From contig KZ538367.1 in NCBI GenBank assembly GCA_000934665.2, forward strand, positions 62,001 through 84,306: a DNA stretch of 22,306 nucleotides, given 5' to 3'. Below, in pieces: positions 1-10,400 of the stretch (the stretch's first letter is position 1; every line of letters starts with the position of its first letter). This DNA comes from Catajapyx aquilonaris (Eukaryota). Both the position numbers and the translations under genes were made by a program. The notes below the pieces were generated by a model. It was not told the DNA's origin. It saw nothing but the letters and a program-made list of their open reading frames with translations, and made no database searches.

Positions 1-192
1 CCCTGCCCACTAATTATCCGGAATGAGCATTGTTGCGTGTATGATTGGCCCTCAATAATGGGTTTGAATTGAGCGCCAAACGATGGTATCGCTCGTGCGT
101 GTACCGCCATCGTTCATGGCGATGATGACGATGCTGCGGTAGTAGTAATAATCGTTGGTGTCTCCCTCCCTCCCTCCCTCCCCCCTTCCAAG

Positions 193-1080
193 ATGGCGTC
201 CCGTGGAGGATCCCGCCAGCATGTGGAGGCCCTGGTCAGGTGCGGGCTCAGGGCCTTCTCAGGGCTCGGGGCAGCAGGGCCGACACCACCAGGAGGGGCT
301 GGAGCAGGGCCTGCAGAGGAGGCTCCTGTCCCACCGCCCCACCTCCTGAAGGCGCTGATGGAGGCCGCTGGGAAGGTCAAGGCCGAGGACCTGGGTCTGT
401 CGGACAGGTACGTCAGGGACAGGTTCTACCCACCCGACGACGCCACAGCCGACGCCACCGCCAGCAGCACCACGTCGGCTGGCAGGAGGCGAAGCAGCAG
501 CGGGAGGGCCGCGCCTCCAATAGCACCAGCCGCCTACATTCCCATCTACGAGGACCAGCAGGTCTGTTCGCCGCATCTCCTTATTGTTCCTTCAATGCTT
601 CTCTCCCTGAACTCCGTGCTTGGGTATTCGCAGGTGACCATGGGGATATTCGTGCTGCGTGACGGCTGCAGCATCCCCCTCCACAACCACCCCAACATGA
701 CTGGGATCCTGAGGGTCCTCCTGGGGAGGGTGAGGATGCAGCCCTACAACCCCCTGCCCACCCGCGGGACCCCCTCCTCCACCCTCACGCTGGTTGTGCA
801 GCCGCCCGTGGACCTGGGCGCGGGGGATCTGCCAGTCCTCCTCACCCCGACCAGCGCCAACCTGCATGAGATCACCACCCAGGGAGACCACCCTGCCGCT
901 TTCCTGGACATACTGGGCCCTCCCTACAGCCCTGGCCAGGGACGGGACTGCACCTACTACACACCCATCTCACCCCCTGCGGAGGAGGAAGGGGGCCTCA
1001 CCACCCTCAGGGTCAGGCCAACCAACCCTCCAACCACCTTCTGGACGGAGCACTGGCCTTACGAGGGGCCTCCGCTCTAG
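193..1080 (+). CDS. ADO: 2-aminoethanethiol (cysteamine) dioxygenase, cupin thiol dioxygenase (ADO/PCO family); exons 193..561 and 634..1080, 271 aa after splicing
   Basis: ORF carries ADO-family motifs: YIPIYED..MGIFVL..G.SIPLHNHPNMTGILRVLLG (HxH iron ligands), LLTPTSANLHEI (third His), AAFLDILGPPY, RDCTYY and C-terminal YEGP. ATG is in a good context (caagATGG). Removing 562..633 (CAG|gtctgt...ttcgcag|GTG) restores the family spacing YEDQQ-VTMGIF. Confidence 0.93.
   Translation: MASRGGSRQHVEALVRCGLRAFSGLGAAGPTPPGGAGAGPAEEAPVPPPHLLKALMEAAGKVKAEDLGLSDRYVRDRFYPPDDATADATASSTTSAGRRRSSSGRAAPPIAPAAYIPIYEDQQVCSPHLLIVPSMLLSLNSVLGYSQVTMGIFVLRDGCSIPLHNHPNMTGILRVLLGRVRMQPYNPLPTRGTPSSTLTLVVQPPVDLGAGDLPVLLTPTSANLHEITTQGDHPAAFLDILGPPYSPGQGRDCTYYTPISPPAEEEGGLTTLRVRPTNPPTTFWTEHWPYEGPPL
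562..633 (+). other. 72-nt phase-0 GT-AG intron of ADO (in frame, stop-free)
   Basis: gtctgt donor, pyrimidine-rich body, cgcag acceptor. The 24 encoded residues interrupt a conserved cupin strand. Confidence 0.8.
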
Positions 1081-2277
1081 GGGAGGGAAGCAAGCATCCA
1101 TCGTCCACAGGTAAAACCATCTCTCTCAGAATAGGCAAATGGTCAGAAGCAGGTGGCAAAGAAACACAGATTTTGTCACTTCCATTGGATGGCATATTAT
1201 TTTGTCCACTCTTTCCAGGGAGTGAGTTTTATTTATTATAAACTCAGTATTTACAAGTATACATAACAATAGGCACATACTTAAATTATTGTAACAGCGT
1301 GTCTTTATGCCATATGCTTCATGTCGACACACCATGTGCAAGGCAATGACCGTTCCCCAGTGAATTGCTGCACTAATGGCCCATCACCTTGTACATTGTG
1401 TGCATGCCAAAAGTTAAGACGTACACATTGCCTCCTTCACAAGTTAGGAATGCGCCTGGGATTGCATGCGGAAATGTTTGGGCGTGCCACCACATGCATC
1501 CTGTAACATTCAAAATACTTTGCAGGTACCAACGTGGTGGTTGTTTACGACTTCTCATCTGCATGATATTGTCAAGGCCATTACTGGGAAACGAATAAAT
1601 TATCCAGTTAATTGTCCTAACCTAGACCACGTCCCTCATACGCACATGAATGTGGCTTGTGTTGTCGGTATACGGATGGTGCCTTGAACCGTTACAACAT
1701 TTTCAAAGTGAAGAAGAATGGGCAAGTGACACTACTCAGCCTGCGTGCACTTTTTCCAGGCGCGTATGCAGGATGGTTTTACCTCTGGACGCTCAATGCT
1801 GTATGTACCAACAATGCACGTTGTAAATAAATTGGCCTCTGCGTTCATTCATGCAAGCCCTGCCCTTCTTTCCCTTTATTGTGCTAACTGAAAATTGCCA
1901 CTGTAGAAGCCACGAGTGGAGAGGAGAGGTAAAAAATATAACAGGGCTAGGGTTTGGGGTGCTGACAGCGGAAGACACAAAAAATGTCCGTCTCAGTCCT
2001 GTACAATTAATTTCTCCCTGTTGCCGAATGACCACTGGCTCCCTGTAGAGGGGGGAGCACTGAATCAAGTCTTTTGCCTGACCGGGCAAGCGTTTTCTCA
2101 CACGAGTCCACTTTGGCATCCACCGGGACAGGCAGGAAATCTTTTTTTAAATATAATCTATGTATATATAATCTGTATGTAGAATTAATATATGTACCGG
2201 AGTTGTCATAATGAATGATTAATTGAATTCAGTCCAACATTCTCGCACACACCACAACAATTATTGCAACAACGGAC

Positions 2278-2418
2278 TCATCCAGAGATGGTGTCTGGGT
2301 CCTGGGGCGCATCCGGATCTTTGAAGTCGAGGATGCGTCTCTGGCATTGCCTCACGTACTGCTGCTGCTTGTGGTAGATCTTCAGCACACCCTTTATGCT
2401 TATGAAAGCCACTCCTCC
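2278..2418 (-). CDS. MARCHF5: MARCHF5 last coding exon (GGVAFISIKG...DTISG*)
   Basis: Acceptor ctcttccag|GGA on the minus strand; TGA stop at 2280..2278. Confidence 0.92.
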   Translation of the reverse strand, partial: GGVAFISIKGVLKIYHKQQQYVRQCQRRILDFKDPDAPQDPDTISG

Positions 2419-4891
2419 CTGGAAGAGCAGGGAAAGCACTTGTTTACTGACGGAGAAGCCTCGTACCAACAGGCTAAAACCCTTTACGAATCAAACGAGG
2501 CACGTGCGGATGATTTGCATGGGTATGTAGGTGTGTACTGACCAGTATGGCCCTCTGTAGATTGGATGGGACGGACTCGAAGAGCACCTTCCCAAAGAAG
2601 GTGGCGAGTGTCGGGAGGAGGAGGGCCCCGCAGAGCACCCTGGTGGCAGACATGGGGTCGGAGAGGGGTGGGAGGTCGGCTGGGTCAGGGACCGGGGGCA
2701 CCCTGTTGCCCTCCTCCCCTCCTTCCTCCTCGCTGGGCACTCCTCCCATCTCCTCCTCCCCTTGCCTTCCTCCAGCACTCCCTCCATTTTGGAACACGTG
2801 GCGGAGGCCGGGGATGTGCAGGGAGTGACTCCTCAAGAACCTGGAACCAAGTTTCGTTACAATGCAGCTGCCCAATTTGTCAACATAATTATGTGCACAA
2901 CTGGATGCCAATCACTGAATTACGACCATCACATCCATGTTTCATGGCCTGCAAGTACATTATTCCTTGGCCTTACCTGAGGAGGCAGTCCTCCCACCTG
3001 AGCATCTTGCCAAGCACAAGCGCAATGGGGATGGTGGGAAGGCCCACCAGGAGCAGCAGTGGGTCAGCCTGCTCCATAACGGCCAGTCCTTCCTTGTGTC
3101 CTACCACCTGCATTATGGTAACTGCTCCGTACGTAACGGCTGTCCAGTAGACGGAGCCAACCACTACTCCCGCCACCACAAAGGGGCACGCCTTGTACAC
3201 CATGGAATCGAGGGCGTCCAGCACAACCACCAGGGGACCCATGCGGGGGAACACTATCACATACTCCGTGTTGCACTGTGGGCAACGCACCGTCGCCGAT
3301 GGGTTGCCTTTCTGCTTCTCGTCCACCCAGCGCTGGATGCAGGATTGGTGGACCTGCACAGAGATACGACGCCACCCATCAGTAATCACGCACTTCTATT
3401 TTCGTACACTACAAACCCCAACAAATTAGGCAAACTCAGCAAATTCCCCATCAGATGAAAGCAAGACAATTTTTACACATGTTCATATGGTTTTCCATTC
3501 AAATTGTGACAAATATTGTGGAAAGAGCTACAAGAGACAGTGCATGTAAATATTGAGTGTGCACGTCCTTCACCCACTGACACGATTCCCGTACCAAAAC
3601 ACGCGCCATTCACCAAGAAAGTTTCATAACACCAGAACCAGTTCTCAAACGGTGTCAGAGGTTCCCTGCCCTTCCCCTCCCTCCTTTTAATTGCCCTCTC
3701 CATAAACTGTACATAAATCACGGGCAATTTAAAATCCCAACCGCTTTGCAAGCCAGCCACTGCAAATACCATGGCCTGCTGGCTCAATTAAAACGTGAAA
3801 GGTGCAGGCTGATGCCATAATCCAGCCATGTTGCAACACCCTCATTACGCAACCTTGCATTCCCTGCAATGTCATCCCCAAAGATGATTGCATTTTGCTG
3901 GCGAACCACTAAAAACATAACTGTTGCAATGAAATGCACAGCCACTTGAGAATAGGCAATGCAACATCACTTGTACGTTACATTCGTTGTCAACATAGAT
4001 ATGTAAATTGGAAAGGAGCTTTTCTTACAGTTTATTTAATTTATATATTTTGGCAACCCCGTGGTAGGGCAGAGCTTTTCTTACAGGTAAGGCCATGCAC
4101 CGAATGCGGATGAACAGGCGGTCACCTCAAACCTGTACTAGTCTAATCCAGGCCAACATAGGATAGGGCGAGTAGAGATACGCAAGCACCCCTCCACAAC
4201 TGACCCATTTAGTGGTTCCGCTACATCGGCATGGCTTGACCCAGGCGGCGAAGGGGTCGTCCTCGTCAGTGGCGAAGCAGACCCAGCAGTAGCGCCTGTC
4301 GTCGTCCTCGTCTGCCGTGGTGGTGGTGGGTGGTGGTGCGGCCAGTGCAGCCGCACTGGGGGCGGTGGGGAGTCCACTGGCCGCAAGGGCGGAGGGGGGC
4401 AGGTGGGGAGGGGAGGACCCTCCGCCGTCACTCCCCTGGTCTGTCCCTGGGTTCAACATGGGCGGCTGCGGACGGACACAAAGATTGTTAAGACCCACGG
4501 GTTCAGCTGGGATGTTCCGATGATGCCACTCAACCGTGTTACCTTCCTCATGCTTGCGGCACCAGCGAGTGTGTGTGTCTGTGATTATGTGTATGGGCCA
4601 GAGCGTGTGTGAGTGAGTGAGTGAGAGTAGAATGCTGCCGATTAGAGCGATATGTGTCGAGGTCAGTGTTACTACGTTCCAATCTGTTGTGTTGCTGCCT
4701 GCCTCTCCCGTACCCCCCTTTTGTGTCCCGTGGATCCCCTTTCCCTCCGAGGCCTGCCCTTCCCCTGGGCCTCCTCCTCCCCCGGCATTCTCCGTCCGTC
4801 CCCGTCCCTCCCTCGGCCGGCCCGGCCCCTCCCGAAGCCCTCCTTAAGCCCCAGAGCCAAGCGAGAGAACGACCCTTACCTTGCCCTCCAT
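2278..4891 (-). CDS. MARCHF5: E3 ubiquitin-protein ligase MARCHF5/MITOL (RING-CH plus four TM helices); complement(join(2278..2418,2543..2840,2977..3353,4205..4465,4880..4891)), about 362 aa
   Basis: RING-CH CWVCFATDEDD..AAWVKPCRCSGTTKW|VHQSCIQRWVDEKQKGN....RCPQC, followed by GSVYWTAVTYGAVTIMQVVGHKEGL, ADPLLLLVGLPTIPIALVLGKMLRWED, SATRVLCGALLLPTLAT and NLQRAIL|GGVAFISIKGVLKIYHKQQQY, all typical of MARCH5. Every junction is GT-AG with consistent phases (0,0,2,0). Total 1089 nt. Confidence 0.95.
2543..2840 (-). CDS. MARCHF5: MARCHF5 coding exon (FLRSHS...SATRVLCGALL...NLQRAIL)
   Basis: Acceptor ggttccag|G, donor CTG|gtcagt; contains the conserved TM3 motif. Confidence 0.9.
2977..3353 (-). CDS. 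MARCHF5: MARCHF5 coding exon (VHQSCIQRW...WEDCLLR)
   Basis: Acceptor ctctgtgcag|GTC, donor AG|gtaagg; second half of the RING-CH plus TM1-2. Confidence 0.95.
4205..4465 (-). CDS. MARCHF5: MARCHF5 coding exon (PPMLNPG...CWVC...GTTKW)
   Basis: Acceptor ccgtccgcag|CCG, donor TGG|gtcagt. Contains an internal in-frame ATG at 4459. Confidence 0.9.
4880..4891 (-). CDS. MARCHF5: Probable first coding micro-exon of MARCHF5 (MEGK)
   Basis: caagATGGAGGGCAAG|gtaagg: good Kozak context, strong donor, phase 0 in frame with the 4465 acceptor, and just downstream of the promoter motif cluster. Confidence 0.65.
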
Positions 4892-4939
4892 CTTGAATTT
4901 CTCCACCGGACACTCTCTTTTTTTTCCTCTCGTTTCCTC

Positions 4940-5200
4940 CATTTCATTGGCACCGCCCCTTTTCTGGTGACGTCACGGGATTGGGGGCGGGGTCTGCTCT
5001 CGTTCCAACCCTTCCGATTGGGCCGAGTTGCGATGGGCCAATCCAAGGGAAGGCCGGCCTGTGGGCGCATGCGTGTCGGTTGTTGTTGTTGTTGTTGTTT
5101 GCAGCTGGAATGTGTGAACTGAGTCGGCGGGATTTGCACCGCCATTTTTGATCAGGTCGAGGGAGAGCACGTGCCTGCGTCACAGCGCGCGCCTGGTTTG
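4940..5200 (-). promoter_or_regulatory. MARCHF5 proximal promoter (GC boxes, CCAAT boxes, CRE, NRF1/Ewg-like and YY1-like motifs)
   Basis: CpG-rich. GTGACGTCAC 4967..4976, GGGGCGGGG near 4984, ccgccc near 4953, several ATTGG/CCAAT, GCGCATGCG 5065..5073, CCGCCATTTT 5139..5148. Function is inferred from motif density and position. Confidence 0.55.
5079..5099. repeat. (GTT)7 microsatellite
   Basis: Directly visible. Confidence 0.9.
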
Positions 5201-6139
5201 AATTATTATAGAGTGTGCAGGTCGGGGGATACATGTCCGGGCGGAAAAAGGGCCATAGATTGTCATTATTTGCATTTTGATTGCTTCGGGCATGATCGAT
5301 GATGTAATGGGCGCTGAGTCGTAGGGTCACTGGATCGTTACAACTCATCGCAGCAGCTAGAGTATAACGTCATCTGACTGCTGGTCATCCGGAGGGGACG
5401 ACGAGGTTGTCTTCAGATTATGCCACTATCAGCCCCCTAATGATTTCAAGTGAATGACGACGGTGGAGCCCATATGCCCATATGACCGACTGGCTGCTTG
5501 TTCATCCGTCCCCATTAATTACCATTGAGATTACGGGTCTCTATTATTTTATCATTGCTTGGTTTGTTGTGTAGTACATGGGAGGATGGATATCTCCGCA
5601 TCACGTGAGTTTAGATCCGTGTGTTTGCCGGATGAGCCACTACTCTCCCCCAACCCTTCCCCTCTCCCTCCTTGCGCACTTGCAACGTGGTTATGAGGGG
5701 GAAGGAGGAAGGATAAGTGATGCAGCAATCAGATCAGCTGACCGTGTCTGTCGTAATTACGGTACTTCCCGGGTACTTCCTATTGCCCGCCACCCACCCA
5801 CTGCGCATGGGCACAGCAAAGCAAGCAGGGAAACACGCAGCTGCTCACCCACTGGTGCAAAAATAGTAGCGCCGCTACACGCTGCATGGCAATAAGCAGC
5901 TTGATAGAGCTACCACAAAGGCAAAGGGTACACGGAGTAAGTAGGTGCGCTGCGAATGGAATGGCCGAGACAACTGTATTCATTGAGCGGTGACCGAGCA
6001 TGACTGAATTGTGATGGAATGTGTCGGACAGCCTGAGGAATCCACGGGGAAACCTAATGTCGATCACGCTGCAGATGGAATAGCAGCTATCCCAAAGTAG
6101 CAGTTGGGGGGGCAGGAAGGGAGTCCATAATGGCTCCCC

Positions 6140-6315
6140 GTGTGTGGGCGGTGTGGATCCGGATTGGTCCAACAGGTCGGCCGCCCATTGGCTGCTGCTC
6201 CGGATCCATGGAGCATTTGCAGGACCCAACATGTCTTCCTCCCAATGTCGGCAGGGGGAGGGGGAGGGGTGCCGTCGTTCGATCCCGTGCGCATTCGGAC
6301 TCTCCCGCCCCTCCT
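6140..6315 (+). promoter_or_regulatory. Probable proximal promoter of the CPEB/orb2 gene
   Basis: GGGCGG/CCGCCC boxes (about 6146, 6181, 6305) and CCAAT/ATTGG boxes (about 6163, 6187, 6242). Followed by about 700 nt in which I see no ATG up to 6974, consistent with a 5' leader. Confidence 0.45.
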
Positions 6316-6343
6316 CTCCCCTCTCCCAAAATCCATCCCCCCT

Positions 6344-6345
<2 letters not shown>

Positions 6346-6379
<34 letters not shown>
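6346..6379. repeat. (AC)17 microsatellite
   Basis: Directly visible. Confidence 0.95.
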
Positions 6380-6381
<2 letters not shown>

Positions 6382-6973
6382 CCCCCCTCCCCTCCAGCCA
6401 GTCCTCCACCAACCAGCCTCTCCCTTCCTCCCTTCCTCCCTCCCTCCCTCCCGTGCTGGCTGCTCTCTTCCTGTACAGAGGAGAGAGGGAGAGGAGCAGC
6501 AGCACACAACACCAGCCCTGCCCCCCTTCTCGCTGCCTCTTGCCCTCCCTGCCTCCCAGTGTGGTGGTGGCCCCAGCAGAACACTCAAGAGGGAGCCCCC
6601 AGGAAGAAGGCAGGGCGGCCCCCACCCCCCTGCACACATCACAAGGAATACACACACGCACTGGTGGTGGGCCACGACTTCCATTCCCGTCCCCTCTCCT
6701 CTCCTCTCCTCTCTTTCCCTCTCTCTCCGCTCGGTCGGTCGACGACGACGACGAGAGAGACTATACGACACAGTTCGACACTGCAAAGAGAGGAGTTGGA
6801 GGGGAGGGAGGAGGGAGAGAGGGTCACACACCACCACATACATCACGTGTACATAGTCAGTACCCAGTTGTACCGGCAACACCACCACTCAACCGGACCC
6901 CCAGTGCTGGGCCCACTCGGGGGCAAGCAACGCATCACCCTCTGCCGCCGCCACCACACATCTGGTCATCGCC

Positions 6974-7432
6974 ATGACTGACTTCAAGTTCAGTGGATCT
7001 GGAGGAGCCGACTCGCTCTTCCTCTCGTTGCCCACCACCAACGAGGCTGGGTCGGGGGTCGGGTCGCCACAGCAGTCCAGCCCTCCCTCAGCCGGGGAGG
7101 ACGACCCCGCCTCCAACAACATGGGGCAGGACCAGGGAGGTGACCTCTCCGACCCTTCGCAGGGGAAGCAGCAGGTGGACGGGGACCCAGGACAGGACAA
7201 GCAGGCAGGGGACGGGGGAGCCTCCACGGGGGGAGCCTCCTCGCCATCCGTGCCCACTGTTCCCGTACAGGGACCTCCGGCCGGCCCTGCCTCCGCTGCA
7301 GCCTTCGACCCCAGTGCCGCACTGGGAGCCGGGCTCTGGTCTGCAGGTGCTGCAGACGACCCCGCAGGACTGCTCTACAACCTGGGGATGCCCACAGTCA
7401 ACGGAACGCTACCCTTCCAGAACTTCCCACCT
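6974..7432 (+). CDS. orb2: CPEB/orb2 first coding exon (153 aa, Ser/Gly/Pro-rich, MTDFKF...FQNFPP)
   Basis: cgccATGa start, donor CCT|gtgagt (phase 0), VNGTLPFQNF motif. Confidence 0.85.
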
Positions 7433-10400
7433 GTGAGTATCCCCTGTCTCTCGCTCGCTCGCCCTCCACTCCCTTAGCCAGTGCCACTGTCTGCTGCCCC
7501 CACGCCAGTCAACGCGACTTGTTGGACCCCCACTAGAGTGCCAGTGGCCTGCTTCAAGAGGTTCTGTACCAAAGTGTGGGGTAGCATTGCACCTGCTTGC
7601 TCCAATCTCCTGCCAGGACATGCATGGCTGCATTCTATGCATGCTTCTGTGACGCTTTTGGGGGACGTTAATGTCAGGCTTCACAGCAACAACGTTTGTT
7701 AACGTAGATCAGAAATGGACCCTTAGATTCTGGCTCGTGTTGCTTTGAGAGTGGTGTATTCACAGTGTGCCTCATTTTGGTAATTAGTAGAAAGCCGGGA
7801 TAGCTCGTGCTACAGACAGGGTTTGCAACACAAGTTGCAAGGCAGGTGTCTTATTACCCACTTCAAGACTTGCCTGGTCGGCCTACTGTTCCATGGTAAT
7901 TACTCTGATTACGGAGTCACTTTTTTTGTGTTCTCACATGCTGGGATATAGAGCACAATTGCATTCCGTACCGGTTTGGGACACTAGTGAATGATAATTT
8001 TCAGAACCTTGAACAACCTTGAACAGACAGACATGTCCACATGTGCTTTAGGAATTCCGTACAGAAAAATTCGCAGCATGGAGGTAGCCACTGCAGGAAT
8101 GTACAATCTCCCGTGCCAAAATGACGTACCAGTCGATACCATACACGACGATGAGGGTGGGGGCCTGCCTTGGTTTTTTTATGCGTTCAGTTGCCAAGCA
8201 GTGCCGACAGCTCTGTACATTTGCTTTGGTGTTGCATTGGCAGTTGGAAGAGGAGGGTTTGAGTCTCATCTGGACTTATCCCAGGTTAGGAAAATGAAAA
8301 ATAATGCAGGACTTGGCAGGCAGGGAGGGGGAATGTAATGATTTACCATTATATTGAGCTGTGAGTTAATAAATAATGAACTTCAAAAGAATACAGGCTT
8401 ATCTGGAGGTATCCCATTATTATTATTGTTATTATTGCAGTTCAAAAAGAGGTGTTGCTTGCTTTAAGGTGTTTCGAATGAATTTTCCCCGAACACTAAC
8501 ATGCACTCGCGCGCACAATATATTACGATCGAATTTTTTTTCGAACATGGCACCAGGTTTTGTAAGCGGCTGTCATTAGCCTCGTCTAATTTTAACAAAG
8601 CTTCGGTCATTATTAGAGGTAACTAAATGACCCCTGATAGAATTACAGTGAAACCTGGATATAGGTGGATATGCATATTAAACTTGATAAATTGGCCAAA
8701 CCTGGGGCAAAATTGGGCTTGGAGGCACGTGAGGACAACAGCCGCCTTCATTTGCGAAAAAGTGACAGCACATCCCATGTCCTCAGAGTTTAAGAAGTGG
8801 ACAGAGGTGGCAATGCTAATTCGGGTACATATTAACAAGGTGTAAATGAGATATTTCAAGTTACGGTATATGTAATTGCCTGATATAGTGGAAACTTGTC
8901 TGTCATGGAGATGTATGTCTGGATCTGCCAATTACCTACAAGTAGGTGGCATCTAGGAGGCACAAGCCTACCTCGAAATGACTGCCCCGCAGTGCGGCAC
9001 AGTACAATGGGACTTGCCTTAACGGCAGGTGGACTATTACTTTTGGGGGTATTAATAAAGCAGAGGGTAATTCCATTTTGCTTGGGCTTGTTTCCCCATG
9101 GAACATGATTTGATGCTTGTTTTGGAGTGTAGGGACAATAATTGCAAACACACAGCTGCTCTTGCTGGTTGCAAAATCTTGCAAATCCAGTGTAACATTG
9201 ATTGTTTGCAGCAATGGCAAATCAGTTTGTGCAATGCATGCGAAACCACCATGGAAATGATTAGGTACCGTAGGAGTGGAGATAGCTCTTTGTGTAGGTG
9301 ACAGTAAAATGATCCGATAAAAATTCCTTGGCGTTGGAGAGCATCAACGGAGATGCTACATCCAAACTACGTTACATCACAGGGATATTTTCCAAAAGAC
9401 TTAACCCTGTAATGCCCACTGGGTCATATCTGGCACACCATTTAGTGCAATTTTTGAAATTTTTATATTTCCTGTAAGTGCCAAATTGCACTAAATGGTG
9501 TGCCAGATATGACCCAAGGGGCATTACAGGGTTAAAAATTGCTCGCAGGAAGTCAGATGACTCCGTGCTTCAGAAACAACCAGCTGCCAAGTTGTACTGG
9601 TGCAGTATGCGAACCATGCTGAAAATTATGAATTTCGAATGTGTTGAATCTATGGTTCTCTATATATGCGGCATGTACACCTCTGAGCTGTAACTGGTGT
9701 CACCAAGGACAATGTGAGCCACAGTTGTGCAATCTCTACAGTCAGTGTTATCACACAAACCTGAATAAGGGTGAAATATCAGTGCCACTGACTACACGTA
9801 CTCAAGTGACCAGTGCTATTGGGTGGCAGCAGAAAGTTTTAGGCCATTTTATCCGATAACTCGAAGGGCCACATCGCGTTCTTGGAACTCTCCCTTTAGG
9901 TTTTTCTTTTAAAATCTATTTTAATCTAATTTAAATTTTTTTGTAATACCCTGTTATAGGGCCCCATTTAGGTATTTGTTATGGGCATCACCAGTACAGT
10001 GCTGGACGTTAATTCTGTCATACTGTTAGCGCCTTCTTCCGATGTGGCAGAAGTCCAAAGTGAATTGATGGAGTGCTGGTAAGAAATGGTAGGCCTTGGG
10101 TGACATCACCAGCTGGGGGCAATGACGAGAAAAGGGCTTGTCTACAGCCTGTGGCGTCACCCAAGGCCTACCATTTCTTATTCGTGCGGTTTGCGCTCCA
10201 TTGCACCTATGCCGCATCAGAAAATGTCGCTATCAGTACGAAGGAATTAATGTCCAGCACTGGACACCAACGCAATTGATGAAATCTTGAAACATTTTAA
10301 AATGTGTCAGGTGTGATTAGGTAGAGGCGTGGTTAATGGAGGTAGTGTATGTCACAGTTGACTCCACTCTCTGTCCATGTGCCTTTCCAATAACGATATT

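Noticed and set aside
2547..3458. Plus-strand ORFs of 93-194 aa
   Set aside because: Antisense shadows of GC-rich MARCHF5 exons.
5780..6981. Long overlapping ORFs (238-293 aa) on both strands
   Set aside because: GC-rich, microsatellite-derived low-complexity translations (HTHTHT, VCVCVC) in the CPEB promoter and 5' leader; no recognisable domain.
8099..8131. MYNLPCQND followed by GT, superficially like the fly Orb2A start MYNKFVNFI
   Set aside because: Only three residues match and the donor (GAC|gtacca) is poor.
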